From the NCBI GenBank assembly GCA_002376005.1, contig DFNJ01000022.1, positions 42,434 to 106,433 on the forward strand: a stretch of 64,000 nt of DNA, given 5' to 3'. The notes under the pieces were generated by a model. That model worked only from the letters and a program-made list of their open reading frames with translations, ran no database searches and had not been told where the DNA came from. Positions 58,443 to 64,000 of this stretch are shown one piece after another (position 1 is the first letter of the stretch; every line of letters begins with the position of its first letter). A program made the translations under genes and the position numbers. This stretch comes from Firmicutes bacterium UBA3570 (GTDB taxonomy: Bacteria > Bacillota > Sulfobacillia > UBA3561).

Positions 58443-58712
58443 TCAACCCCGTATGCCCAGTCTTTCGATCAGCTTCTGGTAGCGTTCGGGGTCTCGGTCT
58501 TTCAAGTACCGCAGCAGCCTCCTCCGGCGCCCCACCATCTTCAGCAGTCCGCGCCGGGACTGAAAGTCCTTCTTGTGCTCCTTGAGGTGCTCAGTCAGAT
58601 AATTGATCCGTTCCGTCAGGATGGCCACCTGCACCTCCGGAGAACCGGTATCTTCCTCGTGCAACCGATACTGATTCATGATCTCCTGCTTCCGCCTGCG
58701 ATCCAACACCAT
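58443..58712 (-). CDS. rpsO: 30S ribosomal protein S15
   Basis: 89 aa; ...[46 protein letters not shown]...; AGGAGGTG RBS. Confidence 0.95.
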   Translation of the reverse strand: MVLDRRRKQEIMNQYRLHEEDTGSPEVQVAILTERINYLTEHLKEHKKDFQSRRGLLKMVGRRRRLLRYLKDRDPERYQKLIERLGIRG

Positions 58713-58817
58713 TGGACACGCACCTCCTGGTCATCAATCGCCTCCCGCTCAGCAGTCCGCCGGAGCAACGCGACCCCGAGCGTGAGGTTCACCACTGTCT
58801 CTCAGTATTTTACCACA

Positions 58818-59800
58818 CTACGAATCCGGCCGAAGGGCAGCACTCATGGGGCGTGCCCGGCACCGCCGCCCCTGCAAGATTGCCCGGGCAGTGGCGACGT
58901 CGCGGGCGATCTGCCTCCGCAAAGCTTCCGCACTGGGAAAACGCTCCTCCGGGCGGATGCGCGCGCGGAAGAATAAGCGTACCGTTTGACCGTACAGCGT
59001 ACCCTGAAACTCCATGAGATGAGCTTCCACCACCAGCTCGCCTCCACCGAAGGTAGGCCGGTAACCCACGTTGGCCACCGCGGGCCAGCGACCTCCGTGT
59101 GGCAAGCGCACCTCAGCCGCGTACACTCCGGGGGCGGGAAGCAGCTTTGCCGCCTCCCACTGGAGATTGATGGTGGGGAAGCCCAGCTTCCTGCCACGTC
59201 CCCGACCCCCGACCACCGTGGCGGTGAGAAAGTGAGGACGACCCAACATCGCCTGCGCCTGTTCCACGCGACCCTCGAGGAGCAGGGCCCGAACCAGCGT
59301 GCTGGAGACCACTTGTTCTCGTATCCTTACCGGCGGGCATACGTACACTTCAAATCCCAGCTGGCGGCCCAGCTGCACCAGCAGAGAGGGATCCCCGCCT
59401 CCTCCCTTGCCGAAGGTGAAATTGAAGCCCACAAATACTTTAGCCGCGCCCAACGCCTCTTTGAGGTAGGTGCGGGCAAACACCGCCGGGCTCTGCTCCG
59501 CGAACTCCCGCGTGAATCGCGCTAGAAGAAGCCGATCCACGCCCATACTATGTAACAGCTCGGCCTTCTCGTCTAACGTGGTGAGGAGAAACGCACCGTT
59601 CTGACCCAGGACGTAGACGGGGTGTGGCTCGAAGGTCAGTACCGCAGCTTCCCGCCGGGCTCGCCGGGCTGCCCCTATCATCCGGCGCACCAGCGCCTGA
59701 TGACCCAGGTGTACCCCGTCGAAGCAGCCTAGCGCCACCACGGCTCCTGCCTCATGAGCACATGCGTTACCTGGTTCGACCTCGATTATACGCACGGCGT
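58818..59800 (-). CDS. ribF: Bifunctional riboflavin kinase / FMN adenylyltransferase RibF
   Basis: VVALGCFDGVHLGHQ N-terminal FAD-synthetase motif, C-terminal riboflavin kinase (PTINL, GxY); start approximate (GTG near VRIIEVEPG), track ORF over-extended. Confidence 0.82.
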
Positions 59801-59833
59801 TCCTCCTCCGCGCTGGCCCGCAGACTGCATCCT

Positions 59834-60748
59834 TCAGGGCGCAAACACTTTCTCCAGCCTCACTCTCCGTCCTGTCCTTCCGCCGTGCTCCATCCGTCCC
59901 ACCGCCACCAGGTTTCCCCGGTCGTCCACTATCCTGATCCCGCCTTCGGCATGGCCCGAAACCTGCGCTGCCAGTGCTTGGCCATCCCGCACCGGCAGGT
60001 CCCCGTGCCGGAGACGCCACAGCAGCTGGCGATCAGTCACCGTGACCCGCGGCCAGAACCAGAGCACCTCTGCCATCGGCACCATGAGTTTCTCCACCGC
60101 ATCTGCCTGAGCCACCTGCTCCAGCAGTGTCGCCTCTCGCAGGGAGAACGGTCCCACCCGGGTACGCACCAGAAACGAAAGATGTGCTCCGCAGCCCAGG
60201 GCTTCGCCCAGGTCACGGGCCAGCGCGCGGGCATACGTGCCACTGGAACATCGCATGTCCACAAGCGCCCGGGGGTGCTCTCCGGGCCACCAATGCAACA
60301 GCTCCAGCCGATGGATACGCACCTCTCGTTCCGGCGGCACCACCTGCTCCCCCCGGCGGGCCAATCGGTAGAGCCTCTCTCCCCCGACCTTAACCGCCGC
60401 ATAGCGGGGCACCCTCTGTCGTACTGTACCCCGAAATCTCTCCAGGTGCTGCCGTACTTCAGCCGGGGTGAGCCGCGAAGCATCCCGACACGTGGTGACC
60501 TTCCCTTCGGCGTCCCCCGTCTCGGTAGCAATGCCGAAGGTGAATTCCATGCGGTAGGATTTGTCCAGCCTCACCAGGTACTCGGCCAGTCGAGTGGCCG
60601 CACCGACGCAACACAGCAACAGCCCTGCTGCCTGACGATCCAGTGTACCGGCATGCCCCACCCTTCGACCCAGACGACGGCGTAGCCAGGCCACGACATC
60701 GTGGGAAGTCATGCCCGGCGGTTTCAGGATCAGCAACATCCCGTTCAT
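59834..60748 (-). CDS. truB: tRNA pseudouridine(55) synthase TruB
   Basis: MNGMLLILKPPGMTSHDVVAWLRR...GHAGTLD catalytic motif; start trimmed. Confidence 0.85.
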   Translation of the reverse strand: MNGMLLILKPPGMTSHDVVAWLRRRLGRRVGHAGTLDRQAAGLLLCCVGAATRLAEYLVRLDKSYRMEFTFGIATETGDAEGKVTTCRDASRLTPAEVRQHLERFRGTVRQRVPRYAAVKVGGERLYRLARRGEQVVPPEREVRIHRLELLHWWPGEHPRALVDMRCSSGTYARALARDLGEALGCGAHLSFLVRTRVGPFSLREATLLEQVAQADAVEKLMVPMAEVLWFWPRVTVTDRQLLWRLRHGDLPVRDGQALAAQVSGHAEGGIRIVDDRGNLVAVGRMEHGGRTGRRVRLEKVFAP

Positions 60749-61722
60749 CCGCGCGCTTGGGCCACCACCTGCTCGACTCTGCGTATAACGGTTTCCACCA
60801 CCGACCACAACGGCCCCTCCAGGACGCAGCCTGCCGCTCGAGGGTGTCCTCCACCCCCCCACTCTCGTGCCAGTGCAGCCACGTCGGTGCAGCGCCGCGA
60901 GCGAAAAGTAACGCGGACCTGTCCGTCCTCCATTTCCCGAAACAAGACCGCCACCTCGACTCCGGCGATAGTACGGGGATAGTCCACCAGACCCTCGCAG
61001 TCTCCGTCCGTCGCCCCCACCTCGCGCATCATGCGTCGGCTGATGACCATCCAGGCCACGGTACCCTCATGACTCAAACGCAGGGTATCCAGCCCTTTGC
61101 CCAGCAGCTTCAGCGCCGCCAGCCGGCGCCGCTCGAACAGATTTTCCACCACCTCGCGCGGCCGGGCCCCCATTCTGACCAGTTCTCCCGCGATGCGGTG
61201 GGTAATGGCTGTGGTGTTCTGGTAGGAAAAAGACCCGGTATCGGTGACCAGGGCCGCGTACAGGCAAGTGGCTGCCTTGTCATCAATGGGCAATCCCGCC
61301 TCCACCAATAATCTGAACACCTGCTCCCCTACCGCAGCCGCCGAAGGATCCACGTAATTGAGATCACCAAACTGCTCGTTGGTGATGTGGTGATCGATGT
61401 TGACCACCGTCCTGCAGCGGTGTAGCAGCTTGGCCGCCTCCCCCAGGCGGCGTGGGTGGGTGGTGTCGAGCACCATCCCCGCCCCCAGAGGGCCCTCAGG
61501 TAGCATGTGGGGAGTGAGCACCTCGCCCGCCCCCGGCAGGAAACGGTAATGTGGCGGTATCTCGTCAGTACTCACCACCAGCACTTGCCTACCAGCAGTG
61601 CGCAACACCCAGGCCAGCCCCAGGGAGGATCCCACCGTATCGCCGTCCGGCAACCGGTGAAGGAGCAGCAAGAAGCGAGATTCCCGCTTGAGCAAATCCA
61701 CGATGGCTCCGAAGTCATCCAT
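60745..61722 (-). CDS. nrnA: DHH-family phosphoesterase NrnA (oligoribonuclease / pAp phosphatase)
   Basis: DHH motifs (LHRLPDGDTVGS, VNIDHH), DHHA1 C-domain with GGGH; start trimmed to MDDFGAIV. Confidence 0.75.
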   Translation of the reverse strand: MDDFGAIVDLLKRESRFLLLLHRLPDGDTVGSSLGLAWVLRTAGRQVLVVSTDEIPPHYRFLPGAGEVLTPHMLPEGPLGAGMVLDTTHPRRLGEAAKLLHRCRTVVNIDHHITNEQFGDLNYVDPSAAAVGEQVFRLLVEAGLPIDDKAATCLYAALVTDTGSFSYQNTTAITHRIAGELVRMGARPREVVENLFERRRLAALKLLGKGLDTLRLSHEGTVAWMVISRRMMREVGATDGDCEGLVDYPRTIAGVEVAVLFREMEDGQVRVTFRSRRCTDVAALAREWGGGGHPRAAGCVLEGPLWSVVETVIRRVEQVVAQARG

Positions 61723-62080
61723 CTGTCTCCTCCGCCTTCTTGCCGCGCATTTCCTCCAGCAGTCGGGCGATACGCACTCCCTCCTCAATGGATTCGTCCA
61801 GCCGGAACTTCAGCTCGGGGACGTGTCGCAGCCTCAGCCGGCGTCCCAGCTCACTCCGAATGAAACCAACGGCCTGTTCCAGAGCCTGCAGGGTGTTGCG
61901 TTTGGCGTCTACATCGCCCAATACGCTGACCCCCACCTTGGCGTGCCTCAGGTCTCGCGACACCTCCACCTTGACCACCGATACGAACCCTAGGCGAGGA
62001 TCCTTCATCTTGTTGGCCAGGATGTCGCTGACCTCTTCCTTGATGGCTTCGGCCACTTTCGCCGCGCGTCCAGACGCCAT
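61715..62080 (-). CDS. rbfA: Ribosome-binding factor A
   Basis: 121 aa; KH-like RbfA pattern ...RAAKVAEAIKEEVSDIL...DPRLGFVSVVKVEVSRDLRHAKV... Confidence 0.85.
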   Translation of the reverse strand: MASGRAAKVAEAIKEEVSDILANKMKDPRLGFVSVVKVEVSRDLRHAKVGVSVLGDVDAKRNTLQALEQAVGFIRSELGRRLRLRHVPELKFRLDESIEEGVRIARLLEEMRGKKAEETDG

Positions 62081-62093
62081 GTGCCAACCACCC

Positions 62094-62375
62094 CTACAGG
62101 ATTTCGGTTTCCCGGTACCACACCTGACCCGGCAGGTTCGCCTCCAGCCAGCGCATCACTTCCTGCAGCACCCTGTCCACGTGGCGACGGGAATTGCCCA
62201 CGCACGCTATTGCCAGCGCGCACCGCTGCCAGTTGTCCTGACCATCCATCTCGGCTATGGATACGTTGTAGCGCCGCCGCGTCCGGTCGATCAAGCTACG
62301 CAGGATGCGTCTTTTGGCCTTGAGAGAATCATTCCCGGGAAGCACTATTTCCACCCGGCACAGACCCACCACCAC
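62094..62375 (-). CDS. ylxP: DUF503-family protein (YlxP-like)
   Basis: 93-aa ORF between infB and rbfA, the conserved position of ylxP in Firmicutes. Confidence 0.55.
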   Translation of the reverse strand: MVVGLCRVEIVLPGNDSLKAKRRILRSLIDRTRRRYNVSIAEMDGQDNWQRCALAIACVGNSRRHVDRVLQEVMRWLEANLPGQVWYRETEIL

Positions 62376-62388
62376 GGCGCAACACCGC

Positions 62389-64000
62389 CTACTCGGCAGG
62401 AGTCACCGCTTTAACCAGGTACGCCTCGATGATATCCCCTTCCTTGAGATCCTGGAACCGCGCCAGGCCCACCCCGCACTCGTACCCGGAAGAGACTTCT
62501 CGCACGTCGTCCTTGTACCGCTTGAGAGAAGCGATGGTGCCTTCGTGCACCGTGACGCCATCGCGAATCACTCGCACTTGAGCATCGCGCGTGATGCGGC
62601 CATCGGTAACGTAGCACCCGGCCACCGTGCCCACCCGGGGAATCCGGAACAGGGCGCGTACTTCCGCATGGCCGATGATCTCCTCCACCATCTCCGGCTC
62701 CACCAGCCCTTTGAGCATGGCCTCTACTTCCTGCAGGGCTTCGTAAATGACGCGGTACGTCTTTATGGTCACTCCCTGGGCATCGGCTTCTCTGCGAGCC
62801 ATGGCGTCAGGGCGGACATGAAAGCCAATTATGATGGCCTCGGAGGCAGAAGCCAGCATAACATCGGACTCGCTGATGGCCCCCACACCTTCGTGGAGGA
62901 TGTTCACCTTGATATCCTCCCGCGAAAGGCGCAGCAGCGCATCGCGCAGCGCTTCCAGTGAACCGTGAACATCCGCCTTCAGGATAAGGCGAAGCTCCTT
63001 GCTCTCTCCCTCGCGGATCTGTCTCAACAGCTCCTCCGCCGTGTACCGGCGGGTTGCCTCCGTCTCCCGCGCCCGCTGCCATTCCTGCCGCTTGCTGGCC
63101 AGCTCCCGGGCACGTCGCTCATCCCGGACCACAACCAGCTTGTCGCCAGCGCGGGGCACGTCGACCAGGCCGAGCACCTCAACCGGCATGGAGGGTCCGC
63201 ATTCTCTGACCCGACGGCCCCTGTCGTCCATCATGGCCCTTACCTTCCCGTAGGTCAAGCCCACCACGAAACAGTCCCCAATCCGCAGGGTACCTTCGCT
63301 GACCAGGACCGTGGCCACCGGCCCCCGCCCTCTGTCCAGCTTGGCCTCGATCACGGTGCCTCTAGCCGGTTTGTCGGGGTTGGCTTTAAGTTCCTCCAGC
63401 TCCGCCACCAGGAGTATCATCTCTAGTAAGTCATCCAGACCCCGCTTCTGGATGGCGGATACGGGAACGCACACCACGTCGCCTCCCCAGTCCTCCGGTA
63501 CCAGGCCCCGCTCTGCCAGCTGCTGCTTGGTGCGCTCGACATTGGCGTTTTGCTTATCGATCTTGTTGATAGCCACGATGATGGGTACGTTGGCGGCCCG
63601 GGCATGGTTGATGGCTTCCACCGTTTGAGGCATGACTCCATCGTCCGCCGCCACCACCAGCACAGCGATGTCGGTGACCTGTGCCCCTCGCGCCCGCATG
63701 GCGGTGAACGCTTCATGGCCTGGGGTATCCAGGAACACGATCTTCTTCCCCTGGTACTCCACCACCGAAGCGCCGATGTGCTGGGTAATACCTCCGGCTT
63801 CCCGGGCCGCCACGTTGGTAGCGCGAATGGCATCGAGCAGCGTTGTCTTCCCGTGGTCCACGTGGCCCAGGACCGTCACCACCGGCGCCCTCGGCCTCAG
63901 CTGGTCGGGCCGATCGGGCGCCGACGGGATCTCCCAGATGTCTTCTTGTTGCGTTCCTGGCTCTTGCTTCACCGTATACCCCATGGCTTCGGCCACCGTG
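62389..64000 (-). CDS. infB: Translation initiation factor IF-2 (C-terminal ~535 aa; N-terminus beyond window end)
   Basis: GTP-binding domain ([30 protein letters not shown]), domains II/C1/C2; ORF runs off the 3' end of the window. Confidence 0.95.
   Translation of the reverse strand, partial: TVAEAMGYTVKQEPGTQQEDIWEIPSAPDRPDQLRPRAPVVTVLGHVDHGKTTLLDAIRATNVAAREAGGITQHIGASVVEYQGKKIVFLDTPGHEAFTAMRARGAQVTDIAVLVVAADDGVMPQTVEAINHARAANVPIIVAINKIDKQNANVERTKQQLAERGLVPEDWGGDVVCVPVSAIQKRGLDDLLEMILLVAELEELKANPDKPARGTVIEAKLDRGRGPVATVLVSEGTLRIGDCFVVGLTYGKVRAMMDDRGRRVRECGPSMPVEVLGLVDVPRAGDKLVVVRDERRARELASKRQEWQRARETEATRRYTAEELLRQIREGESKELRLILKADVHGSLEALRDALLRLSREDIKVNILHEGVGAISESDVMLASASEAIIIGFHVRPDAMARREADAQGVTIKTYRVIYEALQEVEAMLKGLVEPEMVEEIIGHAEVRALFRIPRVGTVAGCYVTDGRITRDAQVRVIRDGVTVHEGTIASLKRYKDDVREVSSGYECGVGLARFQDLKEGDIIEAYLVKAVTPAE

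Noticed and set aside
1-64000. CRISPR arrays, rRNA/tRNA genes, transposases, integrases, restriction-modification or other defence-island hallmarks
   Set aside because: None recognised: no spacer-repeat periodicity, no tRNA T-loop/acceptor signatures in gaps, no DDE/tyrosine-recombinase, methyltransferase or STAND-NTPase motifs among translated ORFs.

Overview
This 64 kb window is high-GC DNA (about two-thirds G+C by eye, not computed) and almost fully coding. It reads as the chromosome of an endospore-forming Firmicute with unusually high GC, Symbiobacterium-like. The evidence is dipicolinate synthase dpaAB, spoIIIE, a SpoIID-domain gene, a Spo0E-like gene, and gene order that matches Bacillus subtilis. 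Most genes lie on the minus strand.

Gene order follows B. subtilis synteny in three stretches:
- infB(partial)-ylxP-rbfA-nrnA-truB-ribF-rpsO-pnp, then nfo, a SpoIID/LytB-domain gene and dut
- dpaA-dpaB-dapG-dapA-rnj-tepA-uppP-spoIIIE
- at the left end, cinA-thpR-recA-recX

Between these conserved blocks sits more accessory-looking material:
- a 12-13 kb co-directional operon, 27.0-40.3 kb: a peptide ABC importer (substrate-binding protein plus two permeases, no ATPase genes) followed by eight hydrolases (CPBP protease, D-aminoacylase-family amidohydrolase, M28, two-paralog creatininase family, MBL, M14, HAD) with a cobO-like gene embedded
- an orphan hutU flanked by a TetR regulator and a PrpR-type sigma-54 activator, then M20 hydrolase, UPF0182 membrane protein and a second creatininase paralog
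- bshB1-bshA, rimO, and the mrfA-mrfB (yprA-yprB-like) helicase/exonuclease repair pair
- a CooC-like ATPase coupled to a small helical protein, next to rodZ and asnS
- a short FtsH-like AAA metalloprotease

No rRNA, tRNA, CRISPR array, transposase or integrase was recognisable.

The ORF track uses GTG/TTG as M and often over-extends N-termini into upstream genes. I trimmed starts where homology, signal peptides or RBS position argued for it.

Second-look items:
- a 1.2 kb gap with no confident gene (3643-4830) holding a strong GC hairpin and a possible 100-aa ORF
- two small unannotated ORFs missed by the track: Spo0E-like at 53043-53219 and a YmxH/PRC-barrel-like at 52334-52582
- a perfect 18-bp palindrome at the TetR start
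- a sigma-A-like recA promoter carrying a GGAAGnCTTCC palindrome instead of a Cheo box
- the large hydrolase operon as a candidate uncharacterised peptide-processing/catabolic system
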